In this document: one piece after another, positions 20,888-32,071 of the stretch | Position numbering within the stretch: position 1 is the first letter of the stretch | How the letters are laid out: the number at the start of each line of letters is the position of its first letter | Source of the DNA: Thermodesulfobacteriota bacterium | GTDB lineage: Bacteria > Desulfobacterota_D > UBA1144 > Nemesobacterales > UBA2774 | Direction: 5' to 3' | DNA: 64,000 nt | Assembly: GCA_965216785.1 (NCBI GenBank) | Contig: OZ244197.1 | Span: forward strand, 2,464,001-2,528,000 | Notes under the pieces: generated by a model | Databases searched by the model: none | What the model was told of the DNA's origin: nothing | What the model saw: only the letters and a program-made list of their open reading frames with translations | Made by a program: the position numbers and the translations under genes

Positions 20888-22840
20888 ATGGCGAAAAGTG
20901 GAAAAATTATCGGAATCGACCTCGGAACCACAAACTCTGTTGTTGCGGTTGTAGAAGGCGGGGAGCCGAAGGTCATCATCAATGAAGAGGGAGCAAGGGT
21001 TACCCCCTCAATTGTCGCGTTTACAAAAGAGGGCGAGGTACTCGTAGGCGGCCCGGCAAAGCGTCAGGCCGTCGTTAATCCTGAAAACACAATTTTCTCA
21101 ATAAAAAGACTAATGGGAAGACGCTTCGAAGAAGTGGCTGATGAGGCCAAGCGTCTGCCCTATAAAGTTGTAAAATCAAAAAATGACGACGCGTGGGTTG
21201 AGGTCGAGGGTAAGGAATATTCACCGCCCCAGATATCTTCAAACGTGCTTATGAAACTGAAAAAGGCGGCAGAGGACTATGCCGGCGGCGAGATCACAGA
21301 GGCCGTTATCACAGTTCCCGCTTACTTTAACGACTCCCAGCGTCAGGCCACGAAGGACGCGGGCAAGATAGCCGGACTCGAAGTAAAAAGGATCATCAAC
21401 GAGCCTACGGCTGCTGCGCTTTCTTACGGGTTCGATAAGAAGGGAGAGGGGATCATTGCCGTATACGACCTTGGAGGGGGTACTTTTGACATCTCCATAC
21501 TCGAGGTCGGCGACAACGTTATTGAAGTTAAATCGACAAACGGCGACACGCACCTGGGCGGAGACGACTTCGACCAGCTCGTGATGGAATACATAATAGA
21601 AGAATTCAAGAAAGAATCGGGCATAGACCTCGGAAACGACAAAATGGCCCTTCAGAGACTGAGACAAGAAGCTGAAAAGGCCAAGATAGAGCTCTCGAAC
21701 ACCCTGGAGACAGAAGTTAACCTGCCGTTTATAACGGCCGACTCCTCCGGGCCAAAGCACCTCGTTATGAAGCTTTCCCGCTCTAAATTCGAGCAGCTTA
21801 TTGAAGATAAGGTCAAGGGCACGCTAGAGCCCTGCCGTCAGGCTCTTAAGGACGCCGGCTTTAAGGCAAGCGATATAAACGAGGTAATTCTCGTTGGCGG
21901 ATCAATAAGGATCCCGATGGTACAGAAAGTCGTAACCGACTTCTTCGGTCGCGAGCCGCATAAAGGAATAAACCCCGACGAAGTTGTGTCCATGGGCGCG
22001 GCGATTCAGGGCGCTGTACTGGGCGGCGAGGTAAGGGACGTTCTGCTCTTAGACGTTTGTCCGCTATCACTGGGTATTGAAACCCTGGGCGGCGTAATGA
22101 CTAAAATTATTGAAAGGAACACCACGATACCTACAAAGAAGAGCCAGGTGTTTACCACTGCTGAGGACAACCAGACCTCAGTTGAAATTCACGTGCTCCA
22201 GGGTGAGCGCCAGATGGCGAACGACAACAGAACCCTTGCAAGGTTCATACTAGACGGTATACCCCCGTCTTCCAGAGGTGTACCTCAGGTAGAAGTCGCT
22301 TTTGACATTGACGCGGACGGCATACTTCACGTATCAGCTAAAGACCTAGCTACCTCCAAGGAGCAGAAGGTCAGAGTCGAAGCCTCAAGCGGTTTGAGCA
22401 AAGAAGAGATCGACGGCATGGTAAAAGACGCTGAAGAAAAATCAGACGAAGACCAGAAGCGTCAGCAGACAGTCGAGGCCAGAAACAAACTCGACGAGCT
22501 TATTTACAGAACCGACAAGAGTTTTAAAGAGTTTGAGGACAAACTCTCAGACGATGAGAAAAAAGAGCTCGAAGAGGCTGTAGAAGCCGGCAGACAGGCG
22601 CTTAAGGGTGATAATCCTGAGGAGATAAACGACGCTACTGAGAAGATTACTCAGGCCTCACATAAATTGGCTGAGCTTATGTATAAGCAGCAGCCTGAAG
22701 AAGGCGCGGCGGATGGGGCTGAAACGGCTCAGGAAGAGCCCGGTGAGGGCGCTGAAGCTCCTGAGGCGGAAGATATGCCCGGAGAGCCTGATAAGAAAGA
22801 CGGCGATGACGTAATAGACGCCGAGTTTACTGAGAAATAA
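20888..22840 (+). CDS. dnaK: Chaperone DnaK (Hsp70), copy 1
   Basis: [26 protein letters not shown]-terminal DVIDAEF. Confidence 0.97.
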   Translation: MAKSGKIIGIDLGTTNSVVAVVEGGEPKVIINEEGARVTPSIVAFTKEGEVLVGGPAKRQAVVNPENTIFSIKRLMGRRFEEVADEAKRLPYKVVKSKNDDAWVEVEGKEYSPPQISSNVLMKLKKAAEDYAGGEITEAVITVPAYFNDSQRQATKDAGKIAGLEVKRIINEPTAAALSYGFDKKGEGIIAVYDLGGGTFDISILEVGDNVIEVKSTNGDTHLGGDDFDQLVMEYIIEEFKKESGIDLGNDKMALQRLRQEAEKAKIELSNTLETEVNLPFITADSSGPKHLVMKLSRSKFEQLIEDKVKGTLEPCRQALKDAGFKASDINEVILVGGSIRIPMVQKVVTDFFGREPHKGINPDEVVSMGAAIQGAVLGGEVRDVLLLDVCPLSLGIETLGGVMTKIIERNTTIPTKKSQVFTTAEDNQTSVEIHVLQGERQMANDNRTLARFILDGIPPSSRGVPQVEVAFDIDADGILHVSAKDLATSKEQKVRVEASSGLSKEEIDGMVKDAEEKSDEDQKRQQTVEARNKLDELIYRTDKSFKEFEDKLSDDEKKELEEAVEAGRQALKGDNPEEINDATEKITQASHKLAELMYKQQPEEGAADGAETAQEEPGEGAEAPEAEDMPGEPDKKDGDDVIDAEFTEK

Positions 22841-22876
22841 CACAAAAACAGACTTACAATAAAAGATATAGAAGAC

Positions 22877-22912
22877 AAATAAAGGCGTCCTTCGGGCCGC
22901 CTTTATTTTTTT
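22877..22912 (+). terminator. Rho-independent terminator after dnaK
   Basis: AAATAAAGGCG-TCC-TTCG-GGC-CGCCTTTATTT hairpin with a C(UUCG)G loop and a U-tract. Confidence 0.85.
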
Positions 22913-23075
22913 GTCATTAAAATTAATCCCAGCATCAAATAGTATTGCCCAACACAGAGAAAAATGTTAATTTATTATTAAGACAAAACGGGGGCTTTTT
23001 TGCAAAGCTTTCCGGCAAAAAATCATAAAAATAATCTCATAATAGAGAAAGATAAATACCGGAGGCAATTACAGA

Positions 23076-23279
23076 ATGAAAGCTGACATTCATCCAGAGT
23101 ACAAAGAAGTAACAATAAGCTGCGCTTGCGGAGCGTCATACAAAACTAGATCAACACGCATTGACAATTTTACGGTTGAGGTTTGCTCCAACTGCCACCC
23201 GTTCTACACGGGCAAGGAAAGGGCTGCGGAAGCTAAGGGTCGTGTCGAAAGATTTAGGAGGAAGTATAGTAAGAATTAG
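23076..23279 (+). CDS. rpmE: 50S ribosomal protein L31 (Zn-binding form)
   Basis: [29 protein letters not shown]. Confidence 0.97.
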   Translation: MKADIHPEYKEVTISCACGASYKTRSTRIDNFTVEVCSNCHPFYTGKERAAEAKGRVERFRRKYSKN

Positions 23280-23401
23280 AGTATTTACATAATAGATTTA
23301 ACGGATTTATCGCTATTTATTCGGGGTTATCACCTAACACATAAATAGTTAACACCGTTTTAGAGGATGTTCATATTCCAAATATGCGGAGGTAATTCGT
23401 T

Positions 23402-25480
23402 ATGCCTGACCATAGTAGAGATAGTATTAGGAATATCGCCCTTGTAGCGCCTCACGGCACGGGTAAAACTTCTCTAGCTGAAGGTATCCTCTTTTTAAAC
23501 GGTGCGACCGACAAGCTCGGTAAAGTCGACGACGGCACCTCAGTTCTCGATTACGAGAGTGAGGAAAAAAGCCGCAACATGTCGATCAATTCCCATATAG
23601 CTTTTTTTGAGACCAAAGACAATCTCGTAAACCTGATTGACACACCTGGGTTCCTGAATTTCCTTTATGAAACCGAAAGCGCGCTAAAAGTAGTGGACGG
23701 CGCGATTATGGTAATCGGCGCAATCGCCGGCGACACTGGTGTACAGGTCAGTAAGTACTGGAATATGGCGGCCCATGTGCCGAAGATGATTTTTATTAAC
23801 AAGCTCGACAGAGAAAATACGAGTTTTCAGGACACTGTTAACAGTATTACCAAAGAGCTTGGTATATCCGTAATTCCGATCACTTTACCACTAGGGCAGG
23901 CGGAAGACTTAAGAGGCGTTATCGACCTTATGGAGATGACCGTCCATACATATGACGACTCGGGCAAGGCTGAAATTGGCCCCATTCCCGAGGAGCTTGA
24001 AGCCATGGCGGCCGCGGCGCGTGAAAAGATTGTAGAGACCGTAGCGGAGCAAGACGACGAGCTTATCGAGAAATACCTCGAAGGCGAGACCTTTCCCGAG
24101 GAGACAATGATCAAAATGCTCCATGACGGGATCAGGGAGGGAAAGATATTCCCCGTATTCGCAGGCTCCTCCACAAAGCTCATAGGCCTTGATATATTAA
24201 CCCGCGCAATATCGCGCTACATGCCCTCTCCACTTGAAAGGGGCGCTGTAACGGTCAAAAACAGCGACGGCGAAGATGTGAGCACAGAGCCCAAAGAGGA
24301 CGGCCCGCTTTCAGCTTTCGTTTTTAAGACCATATCCGATCCTTACACCGGAAAGATAAGTATTTTCAGAATATTCTCAGGGGGCATAAACGGGGACGCC
24401 ACGGTATATAATTCATCGAAAAGCTCCCGTGAAAAGCTCGGACACCTACACAGGATGGTTGGCAAGAAACAGGTTCCGGTCAGCCCGGCGGGGTGCGGCG
24501 ACATCGTGGCCGTAAATAAACTCAAGGACACGAGCACAGGAGACACGTTCTGTGACGAATCGAGCCCTGTAATCATTCCTCAGGCTACACTACCCTCGGC
24601 GGTTCTCTCCTACGCGATCGAGCCGCAGAGCAGAAACGACGAAGATAAGCTAAACCCTTCACTTGCGAGGATTCAGGAAGAAGACCCCACAATTCAGTAC
24701 CACTTAGAGGAAGAAACCCATGAGTTTCTTCTTTCCGGCACAGGTCAGTCTCACGTCGAGGTCACAGTAAACAAGCTCAGGGACACTTACGGCGTAAACG
24801 TCGATCTTAAGACGCCCAGAGTCCCCTATAAAGAAACCATTCGTTCAAAGGTAAAGGCAGAGGGTAAGTACATAAAACAAACCGGCGGGAAGGGACAGTA
24901 CGGCGACGCGTGGCTTGAAGTAGAGCCGCTTAAGAGAGGGGAAGTATTTGAATTTCAAAATAAGATTGTCGGCGGAGCTATCCCCAAAAACTTCATACCA
25001 TCGGTAGAAAAAGGCGTAGTGGACGCGATGAAGCAGGGCATATTGGCCGGATACCCTGTTGTTGATGTCAAAGTTACGCTATTTGACGGTAAATACCACC
25101 CGGTAGACTCCTCCGATATGGCTTTTCAGATAGCTGGAAGCATGGGGTTTAAACAGGCGATGGCCGAAGCAAAGCCCCAGCTACTTGAGCCTATTATGAA
25201 AATGGAGATTACAATTCCCGAAGACTCCATGGGTGACGTAATTGGCGATGTAAACGCAAGACGAGGCAAGGTGTCGGGCGTTGACTCACTTGCGGGCTCT
25301 CACCAGATTAACGCTCTTATACCAATGGCGGAAATACTCCATTACGCACCCGAGCTCAGATCCATAACCAGCGGAAGAGGTTCATTCACCATGGATTTCT
25401 CGCACTACGAAGAGGTCCCCGACCATTTGGCGCAAAAAATAATCGCCGAAAACTCAAAGAGCCAGGAAGCAGAAGACTAA
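23402..25480 (+). CDS. fusA: Elongation factor G paralogue (EF-G2/FusA2)
   Basis: Full EF-G architecture (KQTGGKGQYG, YHPVDSS) but divergent G motifs (APHGTGKT, RNMSI, DTPGF) and not in the str operon. Confidence 0.85.
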   Translation: MPDHSRDSIRNIALVAPHGTGKTSLAEGILFLNGATDKLGKVDDGTSVLDYESEEKSRNMSINSHIAFFETKDNLVNLIDTPGFLNFLYETESALKVVDGAIMVIGAIAGDTGVQVSKYWNMAAHVPKMIFINKLDRENTSFQDTVNSITKELGISVIPITLPLGQAEDLRGVIDLMEMTVHTYDDSGKAEIGPIPEELEAMAAAAREKIVETVAEQDDELIEKYLEGETFPEETMIKMLHDGIREGKIFPVFAGSSTKLIGLDILTRAISRYMPSPLERGAVTVKNSDGEDVSTEPKEDGPLSAFVFKTISDPYTGKISIFRIFSGGINGDATVYNSSKSSREKLGHLHRMVGKKQVPVSPAGCGDIVAVNKLKDTSTGDTFCDESSPVIIPQATLPSAVLSYAIEPQSRNDEDKLNPSLARIQEEDPTIQYHLEEETHEFLLSGTGQSHVEVTVNKLRDTYGVNVDLKTPRVPYKETIRSKVKAEGKYIKQTGGKGQYGDAWLEVEPLKRGEVFEFQNKIVGGAIPKNFIPSVEKGVVDAMKQGILAGYPVVDVKVTLFDGKYHPVDSSDMAFQIAGSMGFKQAMAEAKPQLLEPIMKMEITIPEDSMGDVIGDVNARRGKVSGVDSLAGSHQINALIPMAEILHYAPELRSITSGRGSFTMDFSHYEEVPDHLAQKIIAENSKSQEAED

Positions 25481-25570
25481 CTCTGGAAGCTTAATATAAG
25501 TCTTTCATAAGCTTCATTTTTATCGCGGCATATAGAACATTTCCCACCGCATTGTATAATTCCACCCGTA

Positions 25571-26494
25571 ATGCGAATAGCCTCTATTGATATAGGTACA
25601 AACACCGTAAGGCTCCTAATTGGGGAACTTTCCGAAGCAGGCAATCTCGATAAGCTGGACATACAGCGCGTAATAACAAGGCTTGGTGAAGGTTTCTCTC
25701 AAAATAACGGTCTCATAGCAGAATCCGCGGAAAAAAGAACAATTCAGGCACTCTCAGAGTTCAGAGAAGCACTTGCCGCTTACCGTGTAGAACACACAAG
25801 AGCGGTGGCTACAAGCGTTGTAAGAGAAAGCTCAAACGGAGAGGAGTTTAAAAAGCGGGTAAATAAAGAAACCGGACTTGATGTTGAGATAATCTCAGGT
25901 GAAGAAGAGGCCAGGCTTACCGTTAACGGGGTATTAGGCTCAGTAAAACTTAGTACAGAGGACGCCCTGATATTTGATATTGGAGGGGGCAGCACCGAGT
26001 ATATTCATGTTAGAGGAAATACTATAATTTCTCTTAAAAGTATTCAGCTCGGAGTCGTTCACTTGACTGAGCAATATATGATAAATAACATTAACTCTGA
26101 AGCGTTACTATCTGTTATGACAGAATATATAGATAACACTTTAGAATCAGAGCTTAAAGATTTCGACATCCCCGACCCTGACAGCTTGTCGCTTATAGGC
26201 ACGGCGGGCACCCCAACGACATTGGCGGCAATAAAGCTAAAGCTCGAGCCGTACGACCCTTCTAAAGTTAACGGTTATTTACTTTCCCGACGGATAATAG
26301 AAAGTATCCTGAGAAAGTTATACCCCATGACGGCCCGGCAAAGACTATCTTTGCCCGGACTAGAGAAAGGCAGAGAAGACCTCATAGTTCCCGGAGCGCT
26401 TATCACACTCCGCACTATGAGCAGATTCTCAAAGGACAGTTTAATCGTAAGTGACGGCGGGTTACTGGAGGGCGTACTCTATAGTCTAATATAG
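25571..26494 (+). CDS. ppx: Ppx/GppA family phosphatase (no HD domain)
   Basis: IDIGTNT, ATSVVRE, ISGEEEA, DIGGGSTE, GLLEG. Confidence 0.9.
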   Translation: MRIASIDIGTNTVRLLIGELSEAGNLDKLDIQRVITRLGEGFSQNNGLIAESAEKRTIQALSEFREALAAYRVEHTRAVATSVVRESSNGEEFKKRVNKETGLDVEIISGEEEARLTVNGVLGSVKLSTEDALIFDIGGGSTEYIHVRGNTIISLKSIQLGVVHLTEQYMINNINSEALLSVMTEYIDNTLESELKDFDIPDPDSLSLIGTAGTPTTLAAIKLKLEPYDPSKVNGYLLSRRIIESILRKLYPMTARQRLSLPGLEKGREDLIVPGALITLRTMSRFSKDSLIVSDGGLLEGVLYSLI

Positions 26495-26552
26495 GCAATA
26501 AAACCTGAGCTGCTCGCACGTGCAATGCCTTTTAATACATAGACTTTTCCCG

Positions 26553-26581
26553 TTGACAAACCAAAGCGTGATTATTATATT
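26553..26581 (+). promoter_or_regulatory. Putative promoter of grpE-dnaK2-dnaJ
   Basis: TTGACA-17 nt-TATATT. Confidence 0.5.
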
Positions 26582-26718
26582 TTCAGTAACAACTGTTTAA
26601 AATCACACAAACTGCAAAAGGCGGTATATAATTAATAAAAAAGGCACATGTTTAAACCTGATTTCCGTAAATTTTCAGGGCAACAATTTATTTTTGAAAG
26701 AAGCAGCTTTTATATGAC

Positions 26719-26756
26719 GATGCCATAGAATTAAGTTGATGCCATAGAATTAAGTT
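26719..26756. repeat. Perfect 19-bp tandem duplication (GATGCCATAGAATTAAGTT x2)
   Basis: Read directly in the grpE leader region. Confidence 0.9.
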
Positions 26757-26856
26757 AGTGTATAGAGACGAGTATTCTACTATGATACCTAAGAGTTAAA
26801 TTAATACGCAGAGGCTAGCATAGTATGCGAAGTCTTTGAATTGGAAGGAGACAGTT

Positions 26857-27474
26857 ATGAATCCCAAAAAAAGAGAAGGAGAAAAAGGCGAGATGGAAAT
26901 TCTTGAAGATGATGATAACGCAGAGCTGGATATTGTTCCCGAGTCTGAAGAACCCTCCGAAACTCAGCCGGAAGCTGAAGTAGAAAAGGAAGAAGAGGAT
27001 CTTCAACAAAAGTATTTAAGACTGGCAGCGGACTTTGAGAACTATAAGAAAAGACTTGCAAAGGAAAAGTCGGATGTAGTTGCTTACGGTAACGAAGAGC
27101 TGATTAAAGCCCTTTTAAATGTGCTGGACAATCTTGAAAGAGCTTTGGAGCATACTGAGTCCGGAGATGACAGCCCCGCGCTTCTGGAAGGAGTTAAGCT
27201 TGTGCACAAACAATTTGTGAGCTGCTTAGAGAAATTCAGCGTAACAAAAGTAGACGCAACTACTGGCACTGAATTTGATCCCAGATTTCATCAGGCAATA
27301 GAAAGAGTTGAATCAAACGAGCTCAGCTCAGGTCTTATACTATCTCAAATGCTGCCCGGTTACATGCTCAAGGACAGACTTATACGACCGGCTCTTGTAG
27401 TAGTGTCAAAAGGTATAGACGACAAAGAAGGAAACGGCAGCGTACCCGGTTTTACAAGCGCCGACAATTCCTGA
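26857..27474 (+). CDS. grpE: Nucleotide exchange factor GrpE
   Basis: LRLAADFENYKKR, DNLERAL, FDPRFHQA, GYMLKDRLIRPA; ATG 26857 after AAGGAG. Confidence 0.95.
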   Translation: MNPKKREGEKGEMEILEDDDNAELDIVPESEEPSETQPEAEVEKEEEDLQQKYLRLAADFENYKKRLAKEKSDVVAYGNEELIKALLNVLDNLERALEHTESGDDSPALLEGVKLVHKQFVSCLEKFSVTKVDATTGTEFDPRFHQAIERVESNELSSGLILSQMLPGYMLKDRLIRPALVVVSKGIDDKEGNGSVPGFTSADNS

Positions 27475-27515
27475 TTAACCAGAACTGTGATGAATAATAT
27501 AATAGGGGATAATTC

Positions 27516-29366
27516 ATGGCTATAGTAGGTATTGACCTTGGAACCACAAACTCTTGCGTCGCTCTCATAGAGGGGGGCAGCCCGGTTGTAATTCCAAACG
27601 AAGAGGGGAGCAGGGTCACCCCATCTGTCGTAGCGTTCACGGAAGATAACAGCAGATTCGCGGGAGCTATAGCAAAGCGTCAGGCTGTGATCAACCCCTC
27701 GAGCACGGTATATGGAGTAAAGAGGCTGATAGGAAGAAATTACGATACGCCTGAGGTTCAGAAAGCGCTCGGTCTGGCTCCATACGAAATAGTCAAGAAT
27801 GAATCGGGAGACGCATGGATTGAAATTAACTCCAAGCTATTTAGCCCTCAGGAAATATCTTCAATCGTGCTCTCAAAAATGAAGCAGGTTGCTGAAGAAT
27901 ACTTAGGTTATGAAATATTAGACGCGGTTATTACCGTACCGGCGCATTTCAACGACCTGCAGCGTCAGGCAACAAAAGACGCAGGCAAGATAGCAGGGTT
28001 TAACGTAAAACGTATCATAAACGAGCCCACTGCGGCTGCGCTTGCTTACGGCTTTGACAAAACCGAGAACAAGAGGATCGCGGTATTTGATCTTGGAGGG
28101 GGCACATTCGACATAACCGTGCTAGAGATCGCAAATGGAGTGTTTGAAGTAAAAGCCACTAGCGGCGATACTTTCCTTGGCGGAGACGATTTCGATCAAA
28201 AGCTCATTGAGCTTGTTATCGAAGATTTTAAAGACCGCTATGAGATCGACCTCCGTGAGGATAAGATGGCGCTTCAAAGGATCAGAGAAGCCTGCGAGAA
28301 AGCCAAGCACGAGCTCTCTTCCCTATCGGATACAGTAATTAACCTGCCATTCATAGCCGTTGACGCTGCAGGTCCTAAACACTTAAATTACAATATAACA
28401 CGGGAAAAGTTCGAGAGTTTGGTATCTGATTTGATTGACAGACTAGAAATCCCCTGCAAGCAAGCGATACAGGACGCAAAACTCGAAGCAAATGAAATCG
28501 ACGAAGTAGTTCTTGTTGGCGGCATGACCAGAATGCCTAAGATTAAAGAAAAGGTGAGAAGTATATTCAAACAAGATCCTCAAACCAAAATCAATCCTGA
28601 AGAGGTTGTGGCCATAGGCGCATCCATTCAGGGCGGGGTGCTTGAAGGCAAGGTTCAGGAAGTAGTGCTGCTTGACGTTGTTCCGCTTTCACTCGGAGTT
28701 GAGACCAGGGGAGGGCTGTTTACAAAGATTATTGAGAGAAATACCACTATCCCGACAAAGAGAAGCAGGACATTTACAACGGCCTTTGATAACCAGGAGT
28801 TTGTAGGCATCCACGTGCTCCAGGGAGAGCGTGAAATGGGGCACGACAATATATCGCTTGCGAACTTTAACCTGATAGGCATACCACCGGCCCCAAGGGG
28901 GATGCCGCAGATCGAAGTATCGTTTGAAGTTGACGCGGACGGCATTCTACACGTATCCGCAAAAGACTTAGGTACCGGGAAGAAACAGGAAATCCAGGTT
29001 GAGACTTCCGGCGGGCTTTCAGACACTCAGATTAATGAAATAATAGAAGAAAGCAGCAGAAGCGCTCAAGCGGACCAAACACGTAAAGACCTCGCGCTTC
29101 TTAAGAACGAAGCCGAGGGGCTTTTATACTCTGTTAGGAAAACTCTTGACTCTTACGGCGAGCAGATTAAAGATGATCTTAAAAATAATATCGAACAGTC
29201 TGTCGAAATTACGAAGAAAGCACTTGAGGGTGAAGATTTCAATGAGCTAAAAGAATCTCTCGACGGGCTTAAGAACGCGTCTTACAGATTCGCCGAGGTA
29301 ATCTACTCTAAACAAAAAGGAGCGCCGGAAGAACAGGTCCAGAACACTGAGCCTGAAAATGACTGA
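27516..29366 (+). CDS. dnaK: Chaperone DnaK (Hsp70), copy 2
   Basis: [25 protein letters not shown]; between grpE and dnaJ. Confidence 0.93.
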   Translation: MAIVGIDLGTTNSCVALIEGGSPVVIPNEEGSRVTPSVVAFTEDNSRFAGAIAKRQAVINPSSTVYGVKRLIGRNYDTPEVQKALGLAPYEIVKNESGDAWIEINSKLFSPQEISSIVLSKMKQVAEEYLGYEILDAVITVPAHFNDLQRQATKDAGKIAGFNVKRIINEPTAAALAYGFDKTENKRIAVFDLGGGTFDITVLEIANGVFEVKATSGDTFLGGDDFDQKLIELVIEDFKDRYEIDLREDKMALQRIREACEKAKHELSSLSDTVINLPFIAVDAAGPKHLNYNITREKFESLVSDLIDRLEIPCKQAIQDAKLEANEIDEVVLVGGMTRMPKIKEKVRSIFKQDPQTKINPEEVVAIGASIQGGVLEGKVQEVVLLDVVPLSLGVETRGGLFTKIIERNTTIPTKRSRTFTTAFDNQEFVGIHVLQGEREMGHDNISLANFNLIGIPPAPRGMPQIEVSFEVDADGILHVSAKDLGTGKKQEIQVETSGGLSDTQINEIIEESSRSAQADQTRKDLALLKNEAEGLLYSVRKTLDSYGEQIKDDLKNNIEQSVEITKKALEGEDFNELKESLDGLKNASYRFAEVIYSKQKGAPEEQVQNTEPEND

Positions 29367-29390
29367 TTCTCACGCACAGAGCAATAATAA

Positions 29391-30482
29391 ATGACAGAAA
29401 TAGACTACTACGAAATACTTGAGATCCACAAGAGCGCAACTAACGATGACATCAAAAGATCCTATAAAAGACTAGCTTTTGAGTACCATCCCGACCGTAA
29501 CCCCGGCAATTCAAACGCCGAGGAAAAATTCAAAGTAATTAACGAAGCGTATCAGACCCTGAGCGACCCCGATAAGCGGGCAAGATATGACAGCTTCGGC
29601 CATATGTATTCAGATAACATGTTTTCAGAACAGGATTTTGAAGCCGGATTCAGCGATATATTCGGAAACCTGTTTGAAGAGGTATTTAACGCGGGCCAGA
29701 GGCAAAGAGCAGAGCGCGGGAGCGATTTGAAGTACTCGCTTGAGCTGAGCTTCGAGGAGTCCTTGGAAGGTGCGGAAAGGGAAATAAATGTTCCCCGGCG
29801 CAGGCTCTGCGGCGTATGCGACGGGAGCGGTGCCGCAAAGGGCGGCGAGGCGGCGTGTAATAGCTGCGGGGGCAGGGGAGAGCTACGTTACACCCAGGGG
29901 TTCATAGTAATTAAGCGCAAGTGCAGTACTTGCGGAGGTAGCGGAAGAATAATTACAAAAGCATGCGGATCCTGCTCAGGCAATAAATTCACAATTTCAG
30001 AACACACCGTAAAAGTAAAAGCGCCGCCCGGTATCACAGACGGCGCGCGTCTTAGAATAAGGGGAGAGGGCGATAGCGGTTTCAGAGGAGGCCCCGACGG
30101 GGACCTTTACATTGAGATAAGCGTTAGGGAGCACCCGCTGTTTAGAAGGGAAGGACACGACTTATATTTAAATGTCCCGATCGGTTTTGTTCAGGCGGCC
30201 CTGGGGGATGTAGTGGAGATAGTCACTACCAAGGGACGTAGCACAATCAAAATTCCACCAGGTACTCAATCGGGGCAGAATTTCAGGTTGAAAGGCAAGG
30301 GGGCGCCAAAGCTGGAGGGCAGAGGCACAGGAGATCTTTACATTCAGATTGAAGTCAGGGTTCCGGTAAAACTCAGCAAAAAGCAAAAGCTCCTTCTTGA
30401 GGAATTCGCTAAAGCATCGGAAGAAAAAAACCAGCCCGTTGTAAAAAGGTTTCTGGATAAGCTCCAGGGCTTGTTTAACTAA
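29391..30482 (+). CDS. dnaJ: Chaperone DnaJ
   Basis: J-domain HPD and four CxxCxGx(G/K) repeats. Confidence 0.95.
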   Translation: MTEIDYYEILEIHKSATNDDIKRSYKRLAFEYHPDRNPGNSNAEEKFKVINEAYQTLSDPDKRARYDSFGHMYSDNMFSEQDFEAGFSDIFGNLFEEVFNAGQRQRAERGSDLKYSLELSFEESLEGAEREINVPRRRLCGVCDGSGAAKGGEAACNSCGGRGELRYTQGFIVIKRKCSTCGGSGRIITKACGSCSGNKFTISEHTVKVKAPPGITDGARLRIRGEGDSGFRGGPDGDLYIEISVREHPLFRREGHDLYLNVPIGFVQAALGDVVEIVTTKGRSTIKIPPGTQSGQNFRLKGKGAPKLEGRGTGDLYIQIEVRVPVKLSKKQKLLLEEFAKASEEKNQPVVKRFLDKLQGLFN

Positions 30483-30530
30483 AGAAGCTTAATACACTAC
30501 ACATAACAGCCCGAACAAACCTAATTGAAT

Positions 30531-30806
30531 TTAAAGACCCCCTGCAATAGCAGGAATAATAGATACCACGTCTCCGTCGTTTAGCTGAGTCTCTTTTCCG
30601 TCAAGGAATCTTATATCTTCGTTATTTACATACAGATTGATAAATCTTCTCACATTTCCCGATTCATCGCAGAGCCTGTCCTTAATCCCCGGGTACTGAC
30701 TCTCCATTGTCTCTATTAAATCAGAAACGTTTGAGGCGCTGATCGTAACCTCATCCTGATCGGCGGTTAATTTTCTAAGCGGTGTTGGAATGCGTACTGA
30801 CGGCAT
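30531..30806 (-). CDS. MoaD/ThiS/CysO-family ubiquitin-like sulfur carrier
   Basis: VRIPTPLR...RRFINLYVNNEDIRFL...IIPAIAGGL; ATG 30806 after AGGAGG; C-terminal GG plus one Leu. Confidence 0.88.
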   Translation of the reverse strand: MPSVRIPTPLRKLTADQDEVTISASNVSDLIETMESQYPGIKDRLCDESGNVRRFINLYVNNEDIRFLDGKETQLNDGDVVSIIPAIAGGL

Positions 30807-32061
30807 TTTGAATACCTCCTTGTTCATGATTGTTAATACTTGTGTAAAGCTCCTCAAATTCTTCCAGTCTAGCCTCGATAATTTGGGGCTGTGACACATC
30901 TTGTACTATCGCTTCCTGAGTCTTTAGACCGTTCCCAGTAATTGAAACCACTATGGACTCGTCTTTGGGGATTGCGCCTTGCTCTATAAGTTTTTTCGTT
31001 ACGGCTATGGTTACGCCCCCGGCAGTCTCTGTGAATATGCCCTCTGTCTCGGCCAGAAGCTTAATACCCTCCACTATCTCCTTGTCACTCGCATCTTCTC
31101 CGGCGCCCCCGCTATTTTTCATTACACCCATTGCGTAAAAACCGTCCGCGGGTGTTCCGATCGCAAGCGATTTCGCGATGGTATCGGGCTTAACGGGCTT
31201 AAATATTTCCCAGCCGTTCTTAAGCGCCGTGGTAATCGGCGAGCATCCTGTTGCCTGAGCCCCGTATATGCATGTATCGCTCTTATCTATGAGCCCGATT
31301 GTCTCAAATTCCTGAATAGCCTTCCAAACTTTGGTCAGAAGAGAGCCGCTAGCCATTGGCACGACAATATGTTTTGGCGCGCGCCAACCGAGCTGCTCCA
31401 TCATTTCATATGCGAAGGACTTTGATCCTTCAGCGTAATAAGGCCGCATGTTAATATTAACAAAGGCCCAGCCGAACTTACCCGCTATTTCGCTGCAGAG
31501 CCTGTTCACATCGTCATAAGTCCCTTTAATTCCGATTAAATTCGAACCGTATACCGTAGTCGCCACAATCTTTGCCTGCTCAAGGTCATAGGGGATAAAT
31601 ATAAAGCTTTTAAGGTTCCCTGATGAAGTGAGGGAGGCTACCGCGTTTGCCAGGTTTCCCGTGGAAGCGCATGCAGCGGTATCGAACCCAAACTCCTTTG
31701 CTTTACTTAGCGCAACCGACACGACTCTGTCTTTAAACGAAAGCGTAGGGAAGCATACGGCGTCGTTCTTAATATATATTTCAGATACACCGAGCGCCTT
31801 ACCCAGGTTTTCCGCACGAACAAGTGGGGTGTAGCCCACTTTAAGACCTATTGTAGGCTCTTTGTCCACGGGGAGAAGCTCTTTATATCTCCAGATGTTT
31901 CTGTCTCTTCTTTCTATAACGTCTCTTGTCAGAGCCTCTTTTATGGTGTCGTAATTGTAGACCGCTTCTAGCGGTCCGAAACAAATATCGCACACGTGCA
32001 GCGGTTCTTTGGGGTATTCCTCGCCGCATTCTTTACATTTTAGCGCTTTCACAAAACTCAT
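30775..32061 (-). CDS. Threonine synthase-like PLP enzyme (fold type II) with an N-terminal Zn ribbon
   Basis: CKEC...CDIC, PTLSFKDR (PLP Lys), ASTGNLA, NINMRPYYAEGSK, ITGNGLK. Confidence 0.85.
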   Translation of the reverse strand: MSFVKALKCKECGEEYPKEPLHVCDICFGPLEAVYNYDTIKEALTRDVIERRDRNIWRYKELLPVDKEPTIGLKVGYTPLVRAENLGKALGVSEIYIKNDAVCFPTLSFKDRVVSVALSKAKEFGFDTAACASTGNLANAVASLTSSGNLKSFIFIPYDLEQAKIVATTVYGSNLIGIKGTYDDVNRLCSEIAGKFGWAFVNINMRPYYAEGSKSFAYEMMEQLGWRAPKHIVVPMASGSLLTKVWKAIQEFETIGLIDKSDTCIYGAQATGCSPITTALKNGWEIFKPVKPDTIAKSLAIGTPADGFYAMGVMKNSGGAGEDASDKEIVEGIKLLAETEGIFTETAGGVTIAVTKKLIEQGAIPKDESIVVSITGNGLKTQEAIVQDVSQPQIIEARLEEFEELYTSINNHEQGGIQNAVSTHSNTA

Positions 32062-32071
32062 ATAGTGCCTC

